Notes under the pieces: model-generated | What the model was told of the DNA's origin: nothing | What the model saw: the letters and a program-made list of their open reading frames with translations, nothing else | Database searches by the model: none | Shown: piece after piece, positions 28,201 to 40,480 of the stretch | Layout of the letters: each line of letters begins with the position of its first letter | How positions within the stretch are numbered: position 1 is the first letter of the stretch | Program-made: the position numbers and the translations under genes | Assembly (NCBI GenBank): GCA_964016885.1 | Contig: OZ024745.1 | Location: forward strand, 127,348,001-127,412,000 | Reading direction: 5' to 3' | DNA from: Eledone cirrhosa | Taxonomy: Eukaryota | DNA length: 64,000 bases

Positions 28201-29383
28201 TGCATGTAAGGAGCATTGTCACATGTCCTATGTTTTTTCGTAGATCAGCACTCTTTTTTTCTATTTTAGTTATATATGATGGTATTTTTGGTGGTGTTTT
28301 CTTCTTGTTAATATCTCTGCTATCACCAAGATAATGCTTCACTGTCATTGCTAAGGCATATAAACAGGCGTTGATTTGCCAAAATGTTGGGGTTTTTATC
28401 CGCCGTAAATATTCATCCCCTATCTCGTCAATAACACGTAGTATTTCATTATTTGGTTTTTTATTCACCATTGTCATTTTAACACGTTCAGCAAGAGAGA
28501 TATTTATACATGAGTTAATTTCTCTCTGGAAGATTTCGTTGAGGGAAATTTTCAATTGTTTATACTTTTAATTATCATTATCGATAGTATTTTCCACAAC
28601 AGTCGAGGTAGACTCGGATGGTATACGTAGTGTCATATTTATTCGATTATTATTATTATTTCTTCGATTATTATTATTATCGATAGTGTTTTCCCCAGCA
28701 TTCGAGGTAGACTTAGATGGTACAGGTGGTATCAAGTTTCTTACAGACATAGTTGTTTCAAGACGCTGTTCCACCTGGCTGCTAGGAAGTCTAGTAGCAT
28801 GGCGACCTGTAGCACGTGTGTTGATTCCATGTTTGTTGTGGGGGACTTACAATTAATAATATTTATCTTATTTTTACGTTCAACAAACGTCGCTTGTTGG
28901 CGTAATTGTTTCGCTGTGAAATAATTTAGCTCTGGGTGCATTTCGTCCCAGTGTAGCTTCATTCTATTCATATAGCCAATGGAGGGATTGTTTTTTGCCA
29001 TTTTATAACAATTAAATAAATCATTATTAAGTTCGTAACTCCAAGAGAAATGCGATTTATAATTTCGGTTTCTTCTGTAGCTACAACTGAATAAAGTTTG
29101 ATTACCTTCCTTCTTATTTGTCTTCAATACTTCCTTAATTTATTTGTTGATGATGTGTTCAGCCATGCTATTTGTAGCAAATCCTTGTAAAATGAATTAT
29201 GTATTTAGTCGGATATCTCTACGAATTCGAATAAAAGGTGTCTTCAGAAGGGATAGTTAGAAGAATAACCAGTTATTCAACCTGGCTGTAATTGTGGCAT
29301 TACTGTCGGAGATAGTATTCATCTTAAATTTAATAAATAGTCTCCCACGCCAAAATATGCGACTGATTGCGTTGACTGTTATG
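25290..29383 (-). mobile_element. R4/Dong-like RLE non-LTR retrotransposon, near full length, degenerate
   Basis: Single-ORF layout of N-terminal domain, RT, CCHC and PD-(D/E)XK nuclease, with (TATG)n on both sides. Confidence 0.9.
25514..29168 (-). pseudogene. RT plus restriction-like endonuclease polyprotein with several frameshifts and stops
   Basis: N-terminal WSYELNNDL..GYMNRMKLHWDEMHP. RT motifs NYRPIAC, EQAAGKKG, WLDYRKAFDSVPHSW, RGIFQG/DSLS, FFVDDLKLY, GMEFGQDKC and YRYLGI. CRLCRTNIEDITHVISSC knuckle in an alternate frame near 26050-26105. RLE motif NRPDIMIWD..VVEISCP..KENIY. Confidence 0.92.
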
Positions 29384-29467
29384 AATGTATGTATGTATGT
29401 ATGTATGTATGTATGTATGTATGTATGTATGTATGTATGTATGTATGTATGTATGTATGTATGTATG

Positions 29468-29893
29468 TCAAAGGGCAAAGGAGCTCTTAAGAGTCAATGG
29501 CAATCCAAAATCACCGGGAGAGATGACCCCTTAGCCTTTGTCAAGGCAGAATTCTAGGAGAAGGAAAACTCTGATATAACACCTGCAACTCTGATGGTAT
29601 CCAATGATGTTGACTTGTTCTTCTTTTTGGTAAATATCATCTTGGTTAAGAGAGTGGGACTGGCTTTGTGCAGTGCCTTTGCTCACTATAAAAGCTTCAT
29701 GGCACAGGCATTGCTTTATATCTGGAGATCTCTCTGCATGGGCCCAGCACTATGTCACAAGTGTAGTGTTTGTACCAGAGTTTTCAAGTCGCTGGCTGGA
29801 CTAAAAGGTCACACTCGTTCAGCGCATCGGTAGGGGTTCTCCTACCTGGATATAAAGTAGTGGCCGTACTCGAAAACGAGTTGGCAGCCACCA
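29468..29893 (+). mobile_element. RTE-derived non-autonomous element, longest copy, (TATG)n tail
   Basis: 5' part ctaggagaaggaaaactctga (RTE 5'UTR-like) plus a 3' C2H2 remnant and stem-loop tail. Confidence 0.8.
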
Positions 29894-29957
29894 TGTATGT
29901 ATGTATGTATGTATGTATGTATGTATGTATGTATGTATGTATGTATGTATGTATGTA

Positions 29958-30332
29958 TGAAAGGGCGGAAGTCAACGGCCATCCGAAAGTGTGTAAATAT
30001 GTATATACACATGTACCACGCGGTTAAACCACTGGGAGTGAAGGACCCTAGCCTTTGTCAGGGCATTCTTCTAGGAGAAGGCAACTCAGGAAACTGGGAT
30101 AACTCCGACATAAAACCTGCGGCTCAGTAGTTACCGATGATGTTGATCTTTTCTCCTTTTCGGGTTATAGCTACTGTCGCTCAGAGAGTGGGATTGGCTC
30201 AGTGCAGTCTTTCCTCACTTTAAAAAAATATCTTCACGCACAGGCATTGCACGATAGAATTAATTAATAATTATTAATCATGGTATATCGTGCAATGGCC
30301 ATACTCGATAATGAGGGGGCAGCCATCATCAT
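29958..30332 (+). mobile_element. diverged relative of the RTE-derived element
   Basis: gacccta gcctttgtcagggc..ctaggagaaggcaactc, gagagtgggattggct and ggccatactcgataatgag..gcagccatca(tgta). Confidence 0.65.
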
Positions 30333-30575
30333 GTATGTATGTATGTCTGTGTTTGTTTGTGTGTGTGTGTGTGTCTGTGTATGCGTGTGTTTGTGTGTGC
30401 TGTATGTAATTATAGTGGAATAGTCCACTATTAATTTTTGGTAAGTTGTGAAAAGTTCAATGTGCACTTGAGGTCTACAGTAAGGAATTCAAAATAATCG
30501 AAAGTGTTTATATATATTATATCATATATGTTATATATATGTTATATATATATATATGTTATATATATATATATG

Positions 30576-30621
<46 letters not shown>

Positions 30622-30668
30622 AGTAAGTATGTTTTGAAACAGTGAGCAGGTTTGAAATTAGAAAATAG

Positions 30669-31081
<413 letters not shown>

Positions 31082-31091
31082 CATATATATA

Positions 31092-31268
31092 AAGGTTAAC
31101 TTTGCCTTTCATCCTTACGAGCTCGATAAAATAAAGTACCAGTGGTGCACTGGGGTAATCGCTGGCCTTCTGCCAAAAGTACAAACTATATTATATATAT
31201 ATACATATTATATATATATTACATTATATATATGCACACACACACGCACGCACACACATACACACACA

Positions 31269-31350
<82 letters not shown>

Positions 31351-31530
31351 GATTGGGAGTATCATTAGAGCATCAGACACTATCAGCATTGAGTTATGTC
31401 CCTTTACGTTCTGAGTTCAAATCCCGCCGAGGTTAACTTTGCCTTTCATCCTTACAGGGTCGATAAAATAAAGTACCAGTAATGCACTGTGGTAATTGCT
31501 GGCCTTGTGCCAAAAGTAGAAACAATTATA
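31092..31530 (+). mobile_element. SINE family A, one partial and one near-complete copy
   Basis: Core ggttaactttgcctttcatccttac at 31094 and 31431. Confidence 0.8.
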
Positions 31531-31582
31531 TATATATGCACCCCCCACACACTTATATATATATATAAGTTGATCGAATTTC

Positions 31583-31771
31583 GTCAAATCGGACCGAGGA
31601 AACAATGTTTCCGTTGGTCTTTCCAATCGCTAATACTATCTATCGGTCGCAACTCCAGGTAGAAGGAGCAACGTGAAATAAAGTGTCTTGTCCAAGGACA
31701 AAACGCATCGCCCGGTCCGAGAATCGAACTCACAACCTCACGATTGCGAATCCAATTCTCTAACCACTCAG
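31583..31771 (-). mobile_element. SINE family B variant (second copy at 39270-39472)
   Basis: The shared tail tcaaatcggaccgaggaaacaatgttt is joined to the family B head. Confidence 0.75.
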
Positions 31772-32179
31772 AGGAGGAAAGCCAGCGACCACGATAGTTT
31801 TCAGGTCCCTCGAGACTGATAGACGTGATAGAGAATGTTATCCTTCAATATGGAAGAACAGGATCGTCTGCTTGCAACGTATTATCGGGATCGTTATAAT
31901 TTTTATATTAATAAAAAAAAAAAAAATGAATTAACATATTCCCTCGGGTGTGTAAGATGATCTCTGTACTACTTAGACATCCTTTAATATGTAACATGTT
32001 ACGCCTTCCCGCTAGACATGCTAGGCAATTTCCAGTTGCGTAACTTAGCGTGTTGGGACATTACGACCAGAACTATATTAATCTGCTTGGTTTAGATTGG
32101 GTTTCATAGGAAATTATGTATGTTTCTTATGTATATATGCTTAATGAAATACGTCTTCCAAATTTCTGTTACTCCAACA

Positions 32180-32717
32180 TACTCACGGGTCTCGAATAAT
32201 CGTCCCACCCGCTTATTAATGTTTTAGATTTTTTCCAACACCCGTTTTTATTCCAACCTCTCCCCCGTTTATTAAAGATTGTAGTACTCTTTACTCTAAA
32301 AGATGTAGTTTTGTGCTTCTACTGAGTCCCCAGTTCAAAACCTTGCAGTGGACGATGCTGTCTTTTATTCTCAGGTCTCGAATAATGTCCCTCACCCTTG
32401 CTTATTAATTTTGCTACTCTATCCCCAGCGAAATATTATTTTAAGTGGTAGCATTCCTGCGACAATTAATGTTCTTTATACATTAAAAAACATTATCCAT
32501 GAAAAGAAAAAACGGAAAAAAAAAAAACGCACAAGAAATCTCATACGTTATAAAATAAATAGGATGAGTTGGGGGTCTCAATATGTAAACTAAACGGTTA
32601 ATTCTGGTTTTTAGAAAAATCAACGGAAGTAACCTAGAAAAATTTACCGATTTTACACCCCCGCTTATTCCGATAGTCCCGTTTATTCCATCCCCTATCA
32701 TTTGTGACCCGAGAGTA
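32180..32717. mobile_element. MITE family 1
   Basis: tactcacgggtctcgaataat ... atcatttgtgacccgagagta. Confidence 0.75.
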
Positions 32718-32749
32718 CGTGCTTTCAATGATAATAATGAATAAACAAA

Positions 32750-32935
32750 AATAATTGTTTCTACTTTAGGCACAAGGCCAGCAATTACTCCCAGTGCATT
32801 ACTGGTACTTTATTTTATCGACCCCGTAAGGATGAAAGGCAAAGTTAGCCTCTGCGGGATTTGAACTCAGATCATAAAGGGAGGTAACTCTATGCTACAA
32901 AGCATGGCGTCCGACCCTCTACCGATTGTGCCAAA
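32750..32935 (-). mobile_element. SINE family A
   Basis: Consensus match. Confidence 0.85.
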
Positions 32936-33079
32936 AATAATAGCCGATTATCAACACTGATTAATCGAAAAAAATGGCCAATATGGCCGTTATCGATTAT
33001 ATACCGATTAATCAGTGCAACCATCGTATATACATGGAAATCATTAGAAAACACACACATATGTACATAAACACACACA

Positions 33080-33192
<113 letters not shown>

Positions 33193-34792
33193 GCATAGTT
33201 ACAAGTGGCTACATAAATAGATCGATAGATATATAGACATGATTAGTATTTTCATTAACTATACAGTATAGCCTACGGAAAGCCACCATGTAATTACTCG
33301 ATATGCTAAAAATAACAGCCAGATATTCCATGAATCATAAAAAAGGTATATCAGATAATGTTTGATATAAGTCTGAAAAAAGCTGCATTTGTTGTTAAGT
33401 TTTCTCAATCTGGTCTCATTAGGAGATAAAGTTCAAGAACACGAACCAACTATCTAATCTAATCTAATCTGGCCGAGTTTACACTCGCAAATAAGAACCA
33501 AGGCCACCCCTAGGAGCATTGGATTTGGTGTACTTCATATTTGTTTCGGTTGCTGAATATAATCAGGGGTCGCTGCTTCTCCTGAAGGTCAATAGTTCTC
33601 TTCTAACTCGAGCGGGAGCGCCTTTCCATTGTCAAGTTGCATTGATCATCTGCAAAGCCGCATTGTTCTCAGAACCACTACACCAGTCTTTCGATGCGTG
33701 CAGCTGGAACTACTGCCACCCATTGATTTGGCAGGATCGTAACTCATTTCTACAGCTGAGTAAACAGGAGCAACGTGAAATAAAGTGTCTTGCTCAAGGA
33801 CACAACACATCACCCGGTCCGAGAATCGAACTCACAACCTTTAAATGGTTAATACAACTCTTCTATAATACAACTGTTTTAGTTTCAACTTTTAAATCTC
33901 AGATCAAATCATTTGCCAAGCAACTACAAAAGATACGAAGACGAAATGTATAAATATGTATTCATCTCACGAAATAGTTTGATAAAGGGCTCAATTGATT
34001 GACCTTTTCGTGATGAATGGCATTCAGTTGGTGATTAGAATACACAATAAACTTCAGGAGGTGGAGAAAACGGAAATGGGAATTGTGACTTTTATGGCTT
34101 CACAGAATGTACCTATTATTCTACAGCACTTTCTGCTGAAGCAAACAACAGTTGCGAAATAACGCACTGTGAAAAAAATATGCACTATGAAAAATAATTA
34201 TATAGTAGCATCTAAGCCACAATAATTGTGATACTAAATCGCGGTCACATGAATGAAATAAGGAAACCTCATTTCATCTCATCATAAAAAAAACGTCAAG
34301 CAAATCACTAGTATTGAGTGTAATAACCATGAGGTATATGTCTGGCAATGGATGCTCCACAATTTATAATATAAATGTATTAAATTGGGTAGAAAATACT
34401 TTGAACTTGAACCTTATGGGTAGTAACTTCTCACATTTTCATTGCCAATAGCTGTTTCATTGCTTTCTTTTGAAGCATGACATCATTAAAAAAAAACTCA
34501 TCTTATAAAATCAAAATATAAAACGTTAGGCAAACGTGACAAACTGAAAAAAATGACCATTTCCGTTCCATCTGACATCCAATGAAACAGAAGTATTAAA
34601 TAAAGTAAATATTGATTGCGATGGTACATTAAAAGGTAGACATTTTACCAATTCAATTATATCTAGTTCATCATCATCATCATCATCATCATCGGTATCG
34701 GTAAGCTTCCTCCTCCTCCGCCTCCTCGTAGTCGCGACCACCATTATCGTGCGCATGTATATATATATATATAATATATATATATATAATAT

Positions 34793-35133
34793 AAATAGTG
34801 AAAACAATAAAATGAAACAAAATACGGCTAATTCATAGTAAAATTCATTATTTTACGATCGTTTCTGGGGGGTAGTTCTCCGTATGTTCATTCTATTAGT
34901 GATCTATGTAAAATATATTACAAATTATCAAAGTAAGAAAATATACATACGTTTGAAGACGGCGGGTAGGGAAGACGTATGTATATTTTCTTACTTTGAT
35001 AATTTGTAATATATTTTACATAGATCACTAATAGAATGAACACACGGAGAACTACCCCCCAGAAACGATCGTAAAATAATGAATTTTCTATGAATTACCC
35101 GTATTTTGTTTAATTTCATTGTTTTCACTATTT
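34793..35133. repeat. about 160-bp-arm palindrome within (TA)n
   Basis: Arms 34793-34952 and 34975-35133 with a 22-nt spacer. Contains GAAAC-GATC-GTA (a hammerhead 3' half only). Confidence 0.85.
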
Positions 35134-35271
35134 GTATTATTTTGACTCTGCTTCCAATGAATTATATCGTTGAAATATTGTATTTTAAACTTTGCTTCAC
35201 GACATCTTCTACATACGGAATTCATTGAGTTCTTCATACGGCTTGGACCCTACCATTAATTGGTGGATTTA

Positions 35272-35314
<43 letters not shown>

Positions 35315-35467
35315 ATAAATGCTCTGAAATAGCGATATATATGTGAATATAGACATAGAATATTCGAAAATATTCTGTATGTTTATAATAAACATTTTGA
35401 AGACCTAATCGCTATAGAATAGAATACGTCACGTATTACAATTAGATTCTCGATAAAAGCAAGGGAA

Positions 35468-35510
35468 GTAATCTACGCGTTTCATTCTCGTTAGAAATCA
35501 TCAGGACTAC
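35468..35510 (-). ncRNA. minimal type-I hammerhead ribozyme, copy 1
   Basis: GTAGTC CTGATGA T TTCT aacg AGAA T GAAAC GC GTA^ GATTAC. Stem I is GTAGTC/GATTAC, and stem III is the palindrome ACGCGT. Confidence 0.8.
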
Positions 35511-35777
35511 ATATCCAGTGCTTTTATCGAGAATGACACAGCTAGAGACTTATAGAATACTTAGCTGTGTACAGGAACTGGTTTGAAAGAGCGGTTGCCG
35601 GTCCGGCAGAAATTAGAAATTGGAATAAATGCTCTGAAATAGCGATATATATGTGAATATAGACATAGAATATTCGAAAATATTCTGTATGTTTATAATA
35701 AACATTTTGAAGACCTAATCGCTATAGAATAGAATACGTCACGTATTACAATTAGATTCTCGATAAAAGCAAGGGAA

Positions 35778-35820
35778 GTAATCTACGCGTTTCATTCTCG
35801 TTAGAAATCATCAGGACTAC
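35778..35820 (-). ncRNA. hammerhead ribozyme, copy 2
   Basis: Identical to copy 1 (+310). Confidence 0.8.
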
Positions 35821-36087
35821 ATATCCAGTGCTTTTATCGAGAATGACACAGCTAGAGACTTATAGAATACTTAGCTGTGTACAGGAACTGGTTTGAAAGA
35901 GCGGTTGCCGGTCCGGCAGAAATTAGAAATTGGAATAAATGCTCTGAAATAGCGATATATATGTGAATATAGACATAGAATATTCGAAAATATTCTGTAT
36001 GTTTATAATAAACATTTTGAAGACCTAATCGCTATAGAATAGAATACGTCACGTATTACAATTAGATTCTCGATAAAAGCAAGGGAA

Positions 36088-36130
36088 GTAATCTACGCGT
36101 TTCATTCTCGTTAGAAATCATCAGGACTAC
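36088..36130 (-). ncRNA. hammerhead ribozyme, copy 3
   Basis: Identical to copy 1 (+620). Confidence 0.8.
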
Positions 36131-36397
36131 ATATCCAGTGCTTTTATCGAGAATGACACAGCTAGAGACTTATAGAATACTTAGCTGTGTACAGGAACTG
36201 GTTTGAAAGAGCGGTTGCCGGTCCGGCAGAAATTAGAAATTGGAATAAATGCTCTGAAATAGCGATATATATGTGAATATAGACATAGAATATTCGAAAA
36301 TATTCTGTATGTTTATAATAAACATTTTGAAGACCTAATCGCTATAGAATAGAATACGTCACGTATTACAATTAGATTCTCGATAAAAGCAAGGGAA

Positions 36398-36440
36398 GTA
36401 ATCTACGCGTTTCATTCTCGTTAGAAATCATCAGGACTAC
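36398..36440 (-). ncRNA. hammerhead ribozyme, copy 4
   Basis: Identical to copy 1 (+930). Confidence 0.8.
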
Positions 36441-36769
36441 ATATCCAGTGCTTTTATCGAGAATGACACAGCTAGAGACTTATAGAATACTTAGCTGTGT
36501 ACAGGAACTGGTTTGAAAGAGCGGTTGCCGGTCCGGCAGAAATTAGAAATTGGAATAAATGCTCTGAAATAGCGATATATATGTGAATATAGACATAGAA
36601 TATTCGAAAATATTCTGTATGTCTATAATAAACATCGCTATTTCAGAGCATTTATTCCAATTTCTAATTTCTGCCGGACCGGCAACCGCTCTTTCAAACC
36701 AGTTCCTGTACACAGCTAAGTATTCTATAAGTCTCTAGCTGTGTCATTCTCGATAAAAGCACTGGATAT

Positions 36770-36812
36770 GTAGTCCTGATGATTTCTAACGAGAATGAAA
36801 CGCGTAGATTAC
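36770..36812 (+). ncRNA. hammerhead ribozyme, inverted copy 5
   Basis: gtagtcctgatgatttctaacgagaatgaaacgcgtagattac read directly, with a predicted cut after A36806. Confidence 0.8.
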
Positions 36813-36932
36813 TTCCCTTGCTTTTATCGAGAATCTAATTGTAATACGTGACGTATTCTATTCTATAGCGATTAGGTCTTCAAAATGTTTATTATAAACA
36901 TACAGAATATTTTCGAATATTCTATGTCTATA

Positions 36933-36977
<45 letters not shown>

Positions 36978-37040
36978 GAAAATGTTTAACTCCGATGGCA
37001 GAGCTCAAGCTGTTTCGACGGCTATTTCTGAACTCTGGAC

Positions 37041-37127
<87 letters not shown>

Positions 37128-37154
37128 AGGGAAAACAACAAAAATAATAATAAT

Positions 37155-37163
37155 GGGATGATG

Positions 37164-37195
<32 letters not shown>

Positions 37196-37215
37196 GATGA
37201 TGATGATGGTGGTGA

Positions 37216-37247
<32 letters not shown>

Positions 37248-37468
37248 ATGATGATGATGATGATGGTAGTGGTGATGATAATGATGATGATGATGGTGGT
37301 GATGGTGATGATGATGGTGATGATGATGATGGTGATGGTGTTGATGGTGATGATGGTGATTGTGGTGATGGTGATGGTGATGATGATGATGATGATGATG
37401 ATGCTGGTGATGGTAATATGAGGATAATGATGATGGTGATGATGATGATAATGATGATGATGATGATG
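37155..37468. repeat. (GAT/GGT)n trinucleotide microsatellite
   Basis: Direct inspection. Confidence 0.95.
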
Positions 37469-38087
37469 CAGGAAAAAAATAAAAATAAAACAAGGAGAAA
37501 GAGAGGTGAAGAAAAAATAAAAACAAGGAAGGAAAACAAGATGGAAGAAAGACTAAACAAAGAAGTGTACTTTTCCGACTATTGCCGTTTCTGTCAAAAT
37601 GTCATTCTTTGCCAATACGGACGTTTCAGTAATACAGCATCATGATTGATTAGTACTTTTCTAATAGACTACAATCGTTTGAAACGTACCAGTGTATTGG
37701 TTAAATATCCCTGTTTTGTTTTATTTTGTCATGTTTCGGTATGTTATTTCTTTTCCTCCTCACCCACCACTACGATCTTTTTTCGCTATTTATTGTTACT
37801 TACAAGTAATTTGATCGTTCGCCATTATCATAAAAAACACTTAATTCTTCAAGCCGCCATTTTCTGTCGCTTTTGTTAACAACAACTCGTCGAAAATTTG
37901 TTTGGTATTTGACTTCAATGAGCTCTTCTCAGCAAGTGGACGATAAAAACGAGCGAATTTATTGTAGTATTTGAAATAATACTATTTTTTTCAGTCTTAC
38001 TTTGCTCGTTAGTCATTGCTTTATTCCGTTTCTTAACACACACATTGAACGACCAAGAATGCAATAAATAAAACAGCCACCACAACA

Positions 38088-38278
38088 ATAATGGTTTCTT
38101 ATATAGGCACAAGGCCAGCAATTTTGGGGGAGGGGAAAGTCGATTAAATCGACCCTTTATTTTATCGACCCCTTAAGGATGAAAGGCAAAGTTAACCTCG
38201 GCGGGATTTGAACTCAGAATGGTAAGGGCCGTAACTCTATCGTGCAAAGCATGCCGTCCGACCCTCTACCGATACTGG
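38088..38278 (-). mobile_element. SINE family A
   Basis: Consensus match. Confidence 0.85.
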
Positions 38279-38684
38279 ATAGAACCAGAACTGGTTTTGG
38301 CTGGACTGGTAACTAAAGGGTTAAACATCCACCAGTTTACAGAGGTTGGGAATCGGTCAAAGGCCTCCAAGTTGACTAATGCTAATAATAACAACAATAA
38401 TAATTAAATTAAAAATTATAAAGCCAGCAAAATGTTATTGAATGTTAAAAAAAGGTGTAGAGTCTGATTTTGATACGAAGCCCCCCACGGCATTCTAGAG
38501 ATTTGTTGCTTTGAATAAATGCATGGACAATTACATAGCCGTGGGAATCGCAGGCTAAAACAACAAGAACAACAAAAAGAAGGAATATATTATTGTTATT
38601 AATAAACCAGGAAAGAAAGAAATAGCGTACAGGAATAAATTCAAAAATTTCTTTAGCTGAATTAACTAATGTTGACTTAGAAGA

Positions 38685-38810
38685 AAGGCTGGTCTCACTT
38701 GGGGATCTAGCCGGATCAGTTGGAGACGGTTGCTTCTGACGGTTGCTAGAGGGAGTGTTTGAGGACTCTGCCTTCACGACTCTCAGGAATAAGTGGGAAA
38801 AAAAGAAGAA
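38685..38810 (+). mobile_element. RTE LINE 3' fragment
   Basis: Matches 10830-10966 (ccggatcagttggagacggttgcttctgac ... aagaagaa). Confidence 0.7.
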
Positions 38811-38954
38811 TTATAGCCGATATAGCAGGAATCTATATTTTTATTGTGCTACTAGTTTTACTTGTTCAATTGCGAGGTTTCCACCGATCATATTGATTCC
38901 TGTACTTTTGATTTCAGCCTTGTTCTTATTTCATCGATCTAAATTTCTTGAAAT

Positions 38955-38987
<33 letters not shown>

Positions 38988-40251
38988 CACGATCCGCTTT
39001 GGCAAAGTTTCTTTTTTTCCAAATTCCACTAAGAAGGCATTGGTCAACTGAGGCTACAGTAGCAGAATCTTGCCCAAGGTGATTGTGCTGTGCGACCTAA
39101 CTCGGACCACAAGGTTCCAAAGTGGGTTCTTAACCGCAAAGCCCCGTCTGCACATAGTAGAAACTTAATTTAATAAACAACAACTAGTATGTGCAAGATT
39201 TTATTATTGCTAGAAGCATATTCCACCTCAGAGTATACACCATATAAAATAAAGTGTTATAGGACTTTCATCAAATCGGACCGAGGAAACAATGTTTTCG
39301 TTGGTTTTTTCCAATTGCTAATACTCTCTATCGGTCGCAACTCCAGGTAGAATGAGCAACGTGAAATAAAGTGTCTTGCTCAAGGACATAACGCATCGCC
39401 TGGTCTAGAAATCGAACTCACAACCTCACGATTGCGAATCCAATTCTCTTACCACTCAGCCACGCGCCTTCACGAATATGAAGTACAAATATAACTAGAA
39501 AATAACCAAACTTATTTCCTGGTTATATTTGTATATACTATATAAAATATATTGTGCCTAGGAGAATACATTGGATTGGTAACTGTTGCCTTCTCCAGGT
39601 GGGTCTGATATCTACAATTTTCGAGAATGCAGGAAAAAATATGAGCCGTGGTACGACTACAGTACCTGCCAATAAAACAGTTCAACGACTCGATTTCAAT
39701 ATCTTAATTTGTTTCAATTCAGTTACTCTTGGAGAGGGAAAAATGAGCGTCACAATAACTCATCCTGTATAATGCAAGAAGTCAATACCCCCATCTCATC
39801 GTCATTGCCGTCGCCATCTTGAATTTGAGGAGAATGGTGCATGGTGTTAATGATAACACTGGTCAACACCAAATTTATTGTGTAAGTTTTTTTTAGCTGA
39901 TTTAGGACAATTTTGATGTGCTGAATCCAAAAATCACATTGGTTTTACTCAATCAGGTCAACTGATGGTCAATGATCAGGATAGAGTAAATATGAGAATT
40001 TCCTGAGCAGTTAATTCTGTTTCTATTAAGTGTTTATTTGGAGGATTGGTGAATAGAGAAGGTTAAGAAAAATGGTCTAGCAATTTTTTCCTGAATATAT
40101 CTAAGCCAAGATTATCCACTGGACTTCTTAAGAAATACTAAATACAGGTTACTGGTTCATTGAGGAGACCAATGATCAAAGACATTTCAACTCTGACCGT
40201 TCCATATTTCTTCTACATTATCCAACATGTTTTCTAAAACTGCAGTGTGGT

Positions 40252-40480
40252 TTAACACTTTAACATTTAAACCGGCCATATCCGACCAGAATTTTCTCAC
40301 CTCTTTCTGTTCAAACCAGCCATAACTAGCCACTCATACTGATGTTAAGGTATTTTTCTCAAAATAAATAATATTAAAATCTCATAGATTAGATATTATG
40401 TGAGATAATTATGTGATGTAAAGCTTTTACCACGAAAATACAATAGTAAATATATAGTAATGTAAATGCTAAAAGGTTAA
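40252..40480. mobile_element. TTAA-flanked piggyBac-like MITE
   Basis: TTAA-cactttaacattta ... taaatgctaaaagg-TTAA, with a homologue at 53274-53443. Confidence 0.65.

Larger units (their letters stand above)
35311..36936 (-). mobile_element. 310-bp hammerhead-containing tandem array (retrozyme/Penelope-type) with a terminal inverted copy
   Basis: Unit starts (tggaataaat) at 35311, 35621, 35931, 36241 and 36551. A partial unit runs to 36635, then an inverted near-unit spans 36634-36936. (TA)n lies on both sides, and there is no ORF. Confidence 0.9.

Noticed and set aside
35311-36635. CRISPR-like or plain satellite interpretation of the 310-bp array
   Set aside because: Units are identical with no spacers, the context is eukaryotic, and the hammerhead plus inversion explain it better.
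39599-39651. Possible micro-exon (ctccag|GTGGG...CCGTG|gtacga; GSDIYNFRECRKKYEP)
   Set aside because: Short, weak donor, and no recognisable homology or partner exon.
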